Shown here one piece after another: positions 44,663 through 54,688 of a stretch of DNA of 64,000 nt. This stretch comes from a virus: IMG/VR virus record IMGVR_UViG_3300006175_000011, positions 3,017-67,016 of that record; one strand, given 5' to 3'. How positions within the stretch are numbered: position 1 is the stretch's first letter; the number at the start of each line of letters is the position of its first letter. The notes beneath the pieces are model-generated. The model saw nothing but the letters and a program-made list of their open reading frames with translations. It was not told where the DNA came from and did not search any database. Position numbers and translations under genes: made by a program.

Positions 44663-47600
44663 TGGCTGATGACGTAAACATTAACATAGGCATCAATCCC
44701 ACAACGGCTGAGACCGGTGCTAAGAAGGCTGTGAAGGCGGTTAACACCGTCTCGCAGTCTTCTAAGGATTTGGAAGCCTCCTTCAGGCGTATCAAGACCG
44801 CGCTTGATCCCACCTGGCAAGCTCAGCAAAAATACAACCAGGCTTTGGCCGATGTCGTGAAGCTACAGAAGGCTGATCGACTTTCGAAGGACGAAGCAAC
44901 GGCCGCTCGTAAGGCGGCCAAAGCGGCGTATGACGCAGAGACCGCGTCGATCACTCGTCGCATTGCCGCAGCTCAAGCCTTGGCCAGTGCTGATAAGGCA
45001 GCGGCTAGTGAGTCTGCGGCGGCGGCGCGTAAAAGGTCTCAGGAAGAAGTTGCCGCAGCACGACTTGCGACCCAGGAAAAGATCAACCTCGCTCGTCAAG
45101 AACGAGCCGAGAAGCAAAAGCTGTTTCAACAGGAACAAGCTCAGATCAAGCTGGCTGCTCAGCTCGCCCGCCAGGCAGCGCTTGACGCGGCTCGAGCAAA
45201 TAAGCCTATATCTCAACGCGCCATCGGCCCTGTGGAACCAGGATCCCGTAATAGCGATGCATCAATCAAGCAACTTGAATACCGCATTCAGCAAGCGATG
45301 GGTAAGCTTTCTCGATTGACCGAGGAGGCTGAGGCTGCGGCAGTCCGAGCAGCGGGCGCGGCTAGCACGGAAATTGCACAACGGGCTCAGCAGACCGCCA
45401 CAGCTCGTGCGGCGTCAGCGCAAGAAACCCGTGATCGTATCCTTGAGATGGAGCGCGACCTTTCCTCCCAGATTGGTGCACTTGAGGCGGAGGAGGCTGC
45501 ACAAGCTAAGGCTGCGAACGAGGCACGTAAAACATCGGCCAAGGATGCTGCCGATGCTGCGGCCAAAGGGGCTCGTGATACAGCTGCTGCAAAGAAAGCT
45601 GAGCTTCAAGCTATTCGTGATGCCCAAAAGGCCACTGAGGATGAAGCAAAAGCAATCGCTCGTCAGGCACAAGAACTTCAGGAGTTCCGTGCTCAGCTGA
45701 ACCCCGCCTATGCTGCTCAGCTTCGTTATAATGAGACCATGCAGCGCGCGACCGCGTTGCTCATGCAGAACAAGCTTGCTGAGGGTGAATGGATTGCCAT
45801 TCAAAGGCAAGCGAATATTCAGATGGATATCAACACTCGGCAGATGGGTCGAGCAAATCAGGTTGGTATTCAGCTAGGTTATCAGGTTCAGGACGTTGCA
45901 GCTTCGCTCGCGTCCGGGATCAAGCCACTTGTTATCTTCGCTCAACAATCTGGTCAGTTCGCTTATGCTCTTCAGATGGCCGGTGGCAGAGCAGCACAGT
46001 TCGCTTCGATCTTGGGCGGTGTCTGGGTACAAGGTGCACTTGCCGCGGTCATCGTTCTATCCCAGCTGTGGGGTAAAGTTGATGAGGGTAAGACCAAGAC
46101 GATCGACTTGCAGAATGCGGAACAACGTCGCACAGCTACGGTTCAAGAACTTACGAAAGCTCTAAAGGAATATACCGAAGCTCAGCAAAAGAGCAACAAT
46201 ACTCTGCTCGAGGGCTTGAGAATTACCGATGCCGTTAACTTCACCGAAGCGGGTAAGTTGTCCACTCAGCTCGCCAAAGCGAAGGAGGAGTTAGAACAAG
46301 CTAAGAGAAATAGAGATGCAACTCCCACTACCGGTGGTGGTGTCGCTGGTACCGGTGGTGCTGCACGAGCTCAGGCTGATACTGAAGTCGCGAAGGCTCA
46401 GGAGAAGGTTGACGATCTAATCAAGGCAGTCGGCGCGGCAACTAACGCATTAACCGAGTCTCGTGTTGCCCTGGGTAAAGCCACGGGTACGATGACCGCT
46501 GAGGACATCCTCTACAACAAGAACCAACAGAAGATCATCGATACCTATCGGAAGAGTTCTCAGAGTCTTCTGGAGTACATGACCTATCTGAAACAGCTTC
46601 GGGCCGAGGAGGATCGTCACAAGGCTGCTAAGGCTGCGGAGTCTCAAGATAGAAAGATCTTAAATAACGTTCAGGATGAAGACTTCCGTAATCCCCTGGA
46701 CTCAATGACGGTTACCTCGCCGTTCGGTATGCGTAACGGCAAGTTGCATGCCGGCGTAGATCTACGCGCAGCTGTGGGAACTCCCGTCTATGCACCTCAG
46801 GGCGGTGTAGTAGATAAGAAAACCGGACTCAACCTTGATCCCAAGGGGTATGGCAATCTCATCACCCTTGACTTCGGCGCGGGGACAAAGGCACTATTCG
46901 GTCACCTGAGTAAGATCCTCGTGAAGCCAGGTCAGGCTGTCAACATGGGTGATCTGATAGGTTACACCGGCGGCACTAAAGGTGCCACGGGTGCCGGCGA
47001 TAGTCAAGCTCCCCACCTTCACTATGAGGTTCGTCGCGACAACAAACCCGTAAACCCACTGCTGAGCAGGTATCCCACCGACGGCAGCGCGACGGGTGCC
47101 GCAGCATTGAAGGCCGCAGATGAAGCAGCAAAGCAACTTGCTCGAGACCTGTCGGCAGCTATCGACGTAAAAGAGGAATTGATTAAGGAGGATGACTCCA
47201 AGCCGCTCGAGGCGCAACTCAGCGAGATCACCAAGCTCGAAGATGCGCGTATCGAGATTATGCGTAATGCTTTCCACGAGGGTTCAAAGGAATTTGAGGA
47301 AGCACAACGACATAAGCTTAAAGTCGTAGATCAGATCAATCAGCAGATCGTTCAGCGTGAGATGGCCCGCATCAAGCAGGAACTCTCGCTTCAAGAGACT
47401 GCGGCTAAATCGCGTCAAGACGTCGAGAATGAGAAGCAGGGCGGTAAGGCCGACATAGTTGACTACAAGGCCAGTACCGGGATCATCACCGCACGTCAGG
47501 CAGTAATCGAGAAAGCTCGTCTTCTCGATGAAGAGTACCAGATGCAGCAGCGTCACGAACGGGAGATGTATGAGCTTAAGAAAAATGCCCTTATGGCTGA

Positions 47601-48663
47601 GCTTGCTCTCGACAACCTGAAACCTGAAGAAAAGCTTAAGATCAACAATGAGTTGAAGCAGATTGAAGCCGAGTATCTCGGTCAGGATGAAACCGCACAG
47701 GCGCAGTATGCTCGACGTGTTGCGGATATCAACCGTCAGCAGGCCGAAGCCGCTATGGCCGGCTGGAAGGAAATCACGTCTCAACTGTCGAGTACTTTAG
47801 CTTCAACGTTTCAGGGACTGTGGACTCGGTCGACCACACTCGCACAGGCATTGCTTAACATGGCAGATCAGATGGTATTCCGTCTGGTCGACATCGGGTT
47901 AAGGGCGGGTCAGCAACAGCTGGAGAACTGGATCCGTGTTCATATCTTGAAACAGAGAATGGACGATGCTGAGGTTCTTCACAAGCAAGTTAATGAGGCA
48001 GCGAAGACCGCAATAGTCTTGAGCGGTACGGGAGTACAGACCGGAGCGCATGTTGCCGCGGGCGGTACCGAGATGGCGATACACGCTGCGACCACAGCCT
48101 CCAAGGTTGCCTCTGAAGCAATTCAAACAGGCGCTGCGGTCACCGGCGCGACCACCCAGACTGCGGTTGCTGCGGTTGCGGGTACCACCGAGATTGGTAC
48201 GAACGCGGCTGTTGCTGCGGCCGGCGCGTACAAGTCGACGGTTGTTATTCCGTTCATCGGTCCCGTTGCGGCGCCCGTTGCTGCGGGTCTCGCCCTTGCG
48301 GCTGTGTTGGGTTTTGCCTCACTGATCTCGGCTCGAGGCGGTCAAGGTGAAGTTTCTGATGACGGGCAGTTGTCCGTGCTTCACAAAAAGGAAATGGTCC
48401 TTCCTGAAAAGTTCGCTGTTCCTCTGCGTCGTCAGCTGACCGCACGTAGCAGTTCGGGAATGATCGGGTCCGCCGCGTTCCTCGGCACTTCTGTGCGCGA
48501 GAGCAGCACGTTGAACCAAGGCGGCCCGACCTTCAACTATCAGCCGCAGCATAAGAACATGGGCGCAAGCCTTGACACTCTCCTCCGCGAAGATGGTAGA
48601 ACGATGCGCCGTTGGCTTCAGAACGAATGGCGCAATGGTCGCTTCAAAGGACAATCCGCATGA
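44662..48663 (+). CDS. Tape measure protein with internal M23 peptidase
   Basis: 1333 aa Ala/Gln-rich; YQVQD..ASLASG..P..IFAQQ; HAGVDL, GYGN, HLS, PHLHYEVR. Confidence 0.92.
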   Translation: MADDVNINIGINPTTAETGAKKAVKAVNTVSQSSKDLEASFRRIKTALDPTWQAQQKYNQALADVVKLQKADRLSKDEATAARKAAKAAYDAETASITRRIAAAQALASADKAAASESAAAARKRSQEEVAAARLATQEKINLARQERAEKQKLFQQEQAQIKLAAQLARQAALDAARANKPISQRAIGPVEPGSRNSDASIKQLEYRIQQAMGKLSRLTEEAEAAAVRAAGAASTEIAQRAQQTATARAASAQETRDRILEMERDLSSQIGALEAEEAAQAKAANEARKTSAKDAADAAAKGARDTAAAKKAELQAIRDAQKATEDEAKAIARQAQELQEFRAQLNPAYAAQLRYNETMQRATALLMQNKLAEGEWIAIQRQANIQMDINTRQMGRANQVGIQLGYQVQDVAASLASGIKPLVIFAQQSGQFAYALQMAGGRAAQFASILGGVWVQGALAAVIVLSQLWGKVDEGKTKTIDLQNAEQRRTATVQELTKALKEYTEAQQKSNNTLLEGLRITDAVNFTEAGKLSTQLAKAKEELEQAKRNRDATPTTGGGVAGTGGAARAQADTEVAKAQEKVDDLIKAVGAATNALTESRVALGKATGTMTAEDILYNKNQQKIIDTYRKSSQSLLEYMTYLKQLRAEEDRHKAAKAAESQDRKILNNVQDEDFRNPLDSMTVTSPFGMRNGKLHAGVDLRAAVGTPVYAPQGGVVDKKTGLNLDPKGYGNLITLDFGAGTKALFGHLSKILVKPGQAVNMGDLIGYTGGTKGATGAGDSQAPHLHYEVRRDNKPVNPLLSRYPTDGSATGAAALKAADEAAKQLARDLSAAIDVKEELIKEDDSKPLEAQLSEITKLEDARIEIMRNAFHEGSKEFEEAQRHKLKVVDQINQQIVQREMARIKQELSLQETAAKSRQDVENEKQGGKADIVDYKASTGIITARQAVIEKARLLDEEYQMQQRHEREMYELKKNALMAELALDNLKPEEKLKINNELKQIEAEYLGQDETAQAQYARRVADINRQQAEAAMAGWKEITSQLSSTLASTFQGLWTRSTTLAQALLNMADQMVFRLVDIGLRAGQQQLENWIRVHILKQRMDDAEVLHKQVNEAAKTAIVLSGTGVQTGAHVAAGGTEMAIHAATTASKVASEAIQTGAAVTGATTQTAVAAVAGTTEIGTNAAVAAAGAYKSTVVIPFIGPVAAPVAAGLALAAVLGFASLISARGGQGEVSDDGQLSVLHKKEMVLPEKFAVPLRRQLTARSSSGMIGSAAFLGTSVRESSTLNQGGPTFNYQPQHKNMGASLDTLLREDGRTMRRWLQNEWRNGRFKGQSA

Positions 48664-49796
48664 CCAATCGAATTGTAGATGGCCTTGATTGGTTTGCTTC
48701 GGGGCAGAACACCGCAACAAGACAAATGCTCTTTGCCGCGAACGGGTGGTATGCTTATGGACAGCAGCTCTCGGACCCTTGTGATGTTATCACGGGGGCT
48801 TTCGGCTTTGGTAAAGCTTTCCTCTACGACAAGACCGTTGGCAGCTTCTCCTCCTACACCAACGGCTATGTTATCCCCATCGGTGTAAGCGTTAGTGAGG
48901 GGTTTGTCGGATTTCACTATTACAGGTATGACGACAGCTTTTTCGGTCAACCAGGAATGGTCTGCTTCTTTGACGCGGTTAACAATCAGTGTCAAGTCAG
49001 CATCTGCTTCGAAGATTATGGCATTATCAAGGTTTGGAGAGGTTTCCGTCCCAACGGGACTTCACCTTCAACTGCCGATCTTCTAGGCACCTCAGCGGTT
49101 GGGGCTTATCAAGACGGCGAACAGTTTCACGTTGAGGCTTACGTTAAGGTGGACTCGACTGATGGGGAGGTGGAGGTAAGAATAAACACCGCTCAGAAAG
49201 TTAGCATCGTTGGCTCGAATACGAAGGGGTCGTCGGGCTCGTCGGTGGCAGACTCCCTCTGGATTGGTGCGTGTCAGACTGCCGTGTCGGGAGTCCACGC
49301 AACACACTATTGGCTGGATAATCTCTTCTTCAACGATACGGCGGGGACGATCAATAACGATTGGCTCGGGAACGTTCGAGTGAAGACGCAGTTCATGATC
49401 GCTAATGGTCCTCACATCTCCTTCTCAATTGGTGGTAGTTCGCCGGCGGCAACTAATTGGCAATCTGTGCAGAACACTTTGCTCGATGGGACCAAGTTCG
49501 TCTATTCGGGAACGGTTGGTAATTATGATCTCTACGACCCTGATCCCAACTTGAATGCGCCCCTTGTCCACTCGCTCCAGATCCGCGGAGCCCTGTGGCA
49601 GGATGACGCAACGCAACGGGTTGCGAAGTACCTCGTCCAGATTGCCGGCGTGGATTATGATGCACCGACCAGTTTCTACACAAATCAGACACCCACCTTC
49701 TACAAGGATCGTATGGAAGTTAACCCGGCTACCAGCGCAGGATGGACAGGTGCAGATGTTAACGGACTTTATGCTGGTGTGAAGGTCGAGGCATGA
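48660..49796 (+). CDS. Tail-associated beta-sandwich protein; paralogue of 54688-56247
   Basis: DG.D.F N-terminus, HVE..V....G.VEV.IN, NPAT..GWT...VN.L..G.K end. Confidence 0.65.
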   Translation: MTNRIVDGLDWFASGQNTATRQMLFAANGWYAYGQQLSDPCDVITGAFGFGKAFLYDKTVGSFSSYTNGYVIPIGVSVSEGFVGFHYYRYDDSFFGQPGMVCFFDAVNNQCQVSICFEDYGIIKVWRGFRPNGTSPSTADLLGTSAVGAYQDGEQFHVEAYVKVDSTDGEVEVRINTAQKVSIVGSNTKGSSGSSVADSLWIGACQTAVSGVHATHYWLDNLFFNDTAGTINNDWLGNVRVKTQFMIANGPHISFSIGGSSPAATNWQSVQNTLLDGTKFVYSGTVGNYDLYDPDPNLNAPLVHSLQIRGALWQDDATQRVAKYLVQIAGVDYDAPTSFYTNQTPTFYKDRMEVNPATSAGWTGADVNGLYAGVKVEA

Positions 49797-50674
49797 CTGG
49801 TCAGCTTCAAGACGATCTGTTTAACCTGGAGCCCTTGACTGAGGGTAGTCCAAACCTGACAGTGCCGTTAGTCAACCTCGAACCACTCGCCGAAGGTCAA
49901 CCTAACACCCAAGTTAATCTTTTTGTTCTTGAGCCTCTCTCCGAGTCTGTTCGTCATCTACGCGCTAATCTCTTTGTTCTTGAGTCGCTTCAACCTGTTG
50001 TGCCGGAGTTTGATATGACCACGACGCCGTTTCCCGGTTTCGGTAATTCGACAATCGATCCGACGAAGCCCGCCGCTGCTGACCCGTTCAACACGGCTCT
50101 TCCTGGATTAGCTTTCTCGGTTCATAAGAAACCGTTATTCAAGACGAACATCCATGAAGCCCCTTCGGGCAAGGAAGTTCGTAATTCCATGGCGCAATAC
50201 CCGCGTTGGGAGTTCAACTTGACTTATGAGTTTCTTGAGGACAAGACTGGGGCTGACTCTTCTCTCAAGACAATCATGGGTTTCTTTATGCTATGCGGGG
50301 GCAGCTTTGCAGCTTGGCTGTTCAAGGATCCTGACGACTACCTAGTCGTCAACGGTCTATGCGGTGTTGCGGACGGGACAATTACTGCGTTTCCATTTCT
50401 TCGTGACATGGGAGGCTTCCCCGAACAGGTCGGTCAGGTGGATCAATCCAACGACATCAACGTCTATGTTGACGGTGTTCTTCAAGACCCAGGTGACTAT
50501 ACGATCAATGGCGATGAGTTCATCTTCACTTCAGCACCGTCGAGCGGTAATGTGACCGCCGACTTTCAATTCTTCTTTGTCTGTCGTTTCCTCGAGGATC
50601 AATTGGACTTTGAGAAATTCATGGATAAACTCTGGCAACTGCAAGAATGTGACTTCAGGAGTATTATCCAGTGA
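49793..50674 (+). CDS. DUF2460-like (GTA-type) distal tail protein with N-terminal 17-aa repeats
   Basis: SGKEVR..PRWEF.L.Y, FKDPDD, GV.DG..T.F, TADF.F...CRF..D. Confidence 0.8.
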   Translation: MTGQLQDDLFNLEPLTEGSPNLTVPLVNLEPLAEGQPNTQVNLFVLEPLSESVRHLRANLFVLESLQPVVPEFDMTTTPFPGFGNSTIDPTKPAAADPFNTALPGLAFSVHKKPLFKTNIHEAPSGKEVRNSMAQYPRWEFNLTYEFLEDKTGADSSLKTIMGFFMLCGGSFAAWLFKDPDDYLVVNGLCGVADGTITAFPFLRDMGGFPEQVGQVDQSNDINVYVDGVLQDPGDYTINGDEFIFTSAPSSGNVTADFQFFFVCRFLEDQLDFEKFMDKLWQLQECDFRSIIQ

Positions 50675-51573
50675 GACCAATTACTCCTCAACCCGGATAC
50701 ACGGAAGCCGACGTTGTAGCTGCGTTGGTTTCGGGTCAGTTTATATATGCAGATTGTATAACCTTCATTCCGAAGACCGGTCCCAAGCTTCGATATACGA
50801 CCGCACAGAAGATGGTTACCGTTGTTCCCATCGGCGAGGTTGGTCGGCAATCTTACACAACTGAGGTTCTTGTCGAGGGTCTCAAGACCAAGAACACCCT
50901 CGGCACTGATGTCGATGAGCAAGAGGTGACCCTCACTTATCCCGATAGTCCGGTCTATCAAGCCTCGATGACTTGGGCTCAGGCTCTACTGAAGGGTCGT
51001 CTCGACGGAGCACTTGTTGTTCGGGATCGATACATCGCCCTAAGTTGGGACAGTCCATGGCTTGGAGGCATGCCCATGTTTATGGGTTTGGTGTCCACCC
51101 TTAATGGCGTCGGCGATATGTCCGCCACAATGAACGTCAAGTCAAACCTCATCCTGCTCAATCGACAGGCTCCCGCATACCTGTGGGAAGCAAGCTGCAA
51201 GAACACTTGGGGAGACTCTGGCTGCGGTGTCGATCAGGGAGCCTGGTCAGTGTTGGCAGCTATCGGCGCATCTCCAACTCGTTCGGTTATTCCCTGGTCC
51301 GGTGCAACGGATGACTACAACTCTGGCAAGATCCACATTGTCGGCGGCGACAGTGTGACCCGTGTTCGGACGATTGCTAGAGTTGCCGGCGGTGATCTAT
51401 ACCTTGCATTCCCGCTGGACTATGATCCTACCGCCGGTGATAGCTTCATCGCCTTTCCCGGATGCACCCGCACCAACGATGCCACGCATGGTTGTCCGAA
51501 GTATTGGGGCAGTGCGTGGCCTAGTCACTTCGCGGGAGTACCCTTCATACCTGTTGCGGAAACAGCCGTATGA
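50671..51573 (+). CDS. DUF2163/BR0599-like baseplate hub protein
   Basis: GRLDGA, C...WGD.GC.V, PGC.R...C, F.G.PFIP. Confidence 0.82.
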   Translation: MRPITPQPGYTEADVVAALVSGQFIYADCITFIPKTGPKLRYTTAQKMVTVVPIGEVGRQSYTTEVLVEGLKTKNTLGTDVDEQEVTLTYPDSPVYQASMTWAQALLKGRLDGALVVRDRYIALSWDSPWLGGMPMFMGLVSTLNGVGDMSATMNVKSNLILLNRQAPAYLWEASCKNTWGDSGCGVDQGAWSVLAAIGASPTRSVIPWSGATDDYNSGKIHIVGGDSVTRVRTIARVAGGDLYLAFPLDYDPTAGDSFIAFPGCTRTNDATHGCPKYWGSAWPSHFAGVPFIPVAETAV

Positions 51574-52046
51574 CGGTCGATGAGCAACGAGCGCTGGTGC
51601 GCGACATCGCGAGGAGCTGGGTTCGCACTCCCTATCGTCACCGGGCGGCGATCCTGGGCGTCGGCGTCGATTGCGCGCGCATACTCATTGAAGTATATGC
51701 GTCAGCCGGGCTAATCGAACGTTTCGACCCAGGCAAATACTCAAGGGATTGGCACCTTCATCGCAATGAGGAAAGATACCTCGCCACCATCGAACGCTTC
51801 GCTGGTCCACCGATCAAAGACAATACGTCCATTGATGCCTGGGATGATGGGGTTTACAAACCCTTAACGGGGGACATCCTAGTATGGCGAGTGGGGAGAA
51901 CCTTCAGTCATAGCGCGATTGTGACGGATTGGCCTTTCGTCGTCCATGCCTCCGCCCCGTCGGAGATAGTTGAGGAAGTATCCGTTATGGACACGATTGT
52001 CTACCGTCGCCCTGTGAAGGTGTATTCCTTGTGGAGGGGTGAATGA
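51570..52046 (+). CDS. NlpC/P60 tail peptidase
   Basis: ARSW..TPYRH..GVGVDC; HSAIV; VHA. Confidence 0.88.
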   Translation: MTVDEQRALVRDIARSWVRTPYRHRAAILGVGVDCARILIEVYASAGLIERFDPGKYSRDWHLHRNEERYLATIERFAGPPIKDNTSIDAWDDGVYKPLTGDILVWRVGRTFSHSAIVTDWPFVVHASAPSEIVEEVSVMDTIVYRRPVKVYSLWRGE

Positions 52047-54688
52047 GTCTTTTTCTCGGGGGCAGCAAGAATAAGGTAAAGCCTCAGTTCACGGGGCTTT
52101 CTGTCCAGACATCCACAGGTGCTGTCCCGATACCCCTGTGGTACGGGAAGAACCGCGGCGCACCCAACATCATCTGGCAAGATGACTTTCAGTCTCACAA
52201 ACAGAAGCAAACTGGCAAGGGCGGCGGCGGTAAAGGTGTTGACTCCTACACCTACTCCGCTAGTTTCATTCTTGGTTTGTGTTGGGGTGAGATCAATAAC
52301 ATCACCAAGGTTTGGAAAGATCAGTCAACTGAAGCTGATTTCTCCAGTCTCGGTTTTTCGCTATTCAAGGGCACCAATCCGCAGGCGCCTTGGGGATACC
52401 TGACATCGGCTCATCCGACTGCCGCCTTGGGGTATCCGAACATCGCGTATCTCGCAACGCAGAACTATGACCTTGGCCAATCCAATTCATTTCCGCAACA
52501 CAGCTTCGAGGCCGAGGCTTTGCTTTACAATACAGGTGTCGGTGGAACTGTTCCCGATGCTGACCCCGCGTTGCTTATTCAAGATTACCTTGCTAATCCG
52601 ATCCACGGTGTCGGCTTCGACCTGTCTGTTCTGTCGAACCTAGAGTCAACGCCCGACGCCCCGACGACTGGGGATAGTACTTTTCAGACGTATTGCCGTG
52701 CAATGGGGTTTGCCCTGTCGCCGTTTCTGTCCACACAGGAGCAAGCCGGGGCGACCCTCTCGCGCTGGGTGGACCTGTGCAATACTGCGGTTGCCTGGAC
52801 GGGTTATAGCTTGAAGCTTCATCCATATGGTTCTGATGAGGTTACAGCTAACGGAGTTACATATCTTCCTGATTTCCCGATCCGGTACTCTATTGGGTTC
52901 GGCGATGTTATCTACAGTGAGGGTGAAGATCCCGTTACCTTTGATCGTAATGAGCCTGCGGATGCATACAACGCCTTTTCGATTGTTATCTCCAATGCCG
53001 CTAACTCATACAATGACAAACCCGTCCAGTGGCGCGATCAAGGATTAGTAGACGAGTTCGGTTTGAAGAACGCCGACTCGATGGATGCGAAGGAGGTAAC
53101 CAGCGCCGAGATGGCAGCTATAATGGTTACCTACATGGGTCAACGTAAAGCTTATATCCGCAACAAATTCAAGTTCAAGTTACCGCCGAGCTATTGCCGA
53201 CTAGAGCCCGCTGACATCCTTGAAGTTACCACTCCCCGATTGGGGACTTTCTTGGTTATGATAACTGACATAACCGAAGACGACGTTGATGATCTTGAGA
53301 TTGAGGCCGACGAATACTTTGGCAGCATCTCCGGGAAGACCTCAACTCAATCTCAGGCGACGAGCAATAACCCGATCAATACCAACGTTCCTCCCGGACC
53401 CGTCAATCCACCGGTAATCTTTGAACCGCCCTCGTCGCTTGCTTCATCTCCCCAGGTCTGGGCTGCGATCTCCGGCGGCGATGGGACAATCATGAACCCG
53501 AACTGGGGCGGTGCTTTCGTCTATATCAGTACGGACAACGTGAAGTTTGACAAGATCGGTGAGGTCGATCAGTCTTCACGTCAGGGCATTTTGACCGCGG
53601 GACTTGCTACCTATGGCGGAACGAACCCCGATACCGTGCACACCTTGAGCGTTAGCTTGTTGATGAGCGGAGGCGAGTTGGAGGATGCTTCACCCGATGA
53701 TGCAGAGGCGGGCGTAACTGTCAGCTATGTCGGCGGTGAACTCCTGTCCTACGAAACGACAAACTTGACAGGCACTGACGCCTATGACCTGACAGATCTG
53801 TGGAGAGGCCAATACGGCTCGACCATCGGGGCTCACCTAACTAACGATCAGTTTGCCCGCCTGGATAATTCGATCTTCAAGTATAACCTGCCCGCCGACT
53901 ACATCGGTAAAACGCTATATCTCAAGTTCCAGTCGTTCAATATCTTTGGCGGGGCCGTAGAGGACCTGTCCACCTGTGCAGTCTACACGATTGTCACCAC
54001 CGGTGCGGGATTTGGTACCGGCACAGATGGTAAGCCGAAGACTCCGACAGGACTATCGGGTTCTGCGGGTTCGGTGTTCGCGAAACTGACCTGGACAGCC
54101 AACTCGGTTAATGACAACGTGACAGGTTATCAGGTTTGGCGCGCCACGGGTGCGTCACAACCGTTCGGCAGTGCAACACTCATCAACACAACGACCGCTG
54201 CAGCCTCGGAGTATGTTGACGCGTCTGTGACTGCCCAACAGGCATATACATACTTCCTCGTTGCGGTGAACGTCATAGGTGACAGTGCAAACACGAGTGG
54301 GATCAATTTGACGCCGACGGCCTCGACAGCCCCGCAGCCCTATGGGTTTGCGTTCGGTCAGACTCCGGTGGTCAGCAAGAACCTTGCTTATTTCGATACG
54401 CCTTTAGCTTGGACGATACCCACAGGGCTGACCGATGCGCAAGGAACGATTGTCGATAACGATACAGACACCGCGGTTGCTCCCACGTCTCAGACTGACT
54501 TCGACATCCAGTCACCGCCGGGGACATCGATAGGAACGATGAGGTTTGCAACGTCTTCACTGACAGCAACCTTCATTAAGGCATCCTCCACCTCTGTGCC
54601 TTTGGGACAGATCACTCAGATTGTCGCTCCCTCAAACCTCAACGGTATCAAGGGTAAGATTACTGGCTCCATCAAGGGAACACGATAA
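52043..54688 (+). CDS. Central tail tip/host specificity protein with FN3 domain
   Basis: PIPL.YG..R, phage-tail_3-like core, RGQYGS, LTW...VTGYQVWR FN3. Confidence 0.82.
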   Translation: MSLFLGGSKNKVKPQFTGLSVQTSTGAVPIPLWYGKNRGAPNIIWQDDFQSHKQKQTGKGGGGKGVDSYTYSASFILGLCWGEINNITKVWKDQSTEADFSSLGFSLFKGTNPQAPWGYLTSAHPTAALGYPNIAYLATQNYDLGQSNSFPQHSFEAEALLYNTGVGGTVPDADPALLIQDYLANPIHGVGFDLSVLSNLESTPDAPTTGDSTFQTYCRAMGFALSPFLSTQEQAGATLSRWVDLCNTAVAWTGYSLKLHPYGSDEVTANGVTYLPDFPIRYSIGFGDVIYSEGEDPVTFDRNEPADAYNAFSIVISNAANSYNDKPVQWRDQGLVDEFGLKNADSMDAKEVTSAEMAAIMVTYMGQRKAYIRNKFKFKLPPSYCRLEPADILEVTTPRLGTFLVMITDITEDDVDDLEIEADEYFGSISGKTSTQSQATSNNPINTNVPPGPVNPPVIFEPPSSLASSPQVWAAISGGDGTIMNPNWGGAFVYISTDNVKFDKIGEVDQSSRQGILTAGLATYGGTNPDTVHTLSVSLLMSGGELEDASPDDAEAGVTVSYVGGELLSYETTNLTGTDAYDLTDLWRGQYGSTIGAHLTNDQFARLDNSIFKYNLPADYIGKTLYLKFQSFNIFGGAVEDLSTCAVYTIVTTGAGFGTGTDGKPKTPTGLSGSAGSVFAKLTWTANSVNDNVTGYQVWRATGASQPFGSATLINTTTAAASEYVDASVTAQQAYTYFLVAVNVIGDSANTSGINLTPTASTAPQPYGFAFGQTPVVSKNLAYFDTPLAWTIPTGLTDAQGTIVDNDTDTAVAPTSQTDFDIQSPPGTSIGTMRFATSSLTATFIKASSTSVPLGQITQIVAPSNLNGIKGKITGSIKGTR

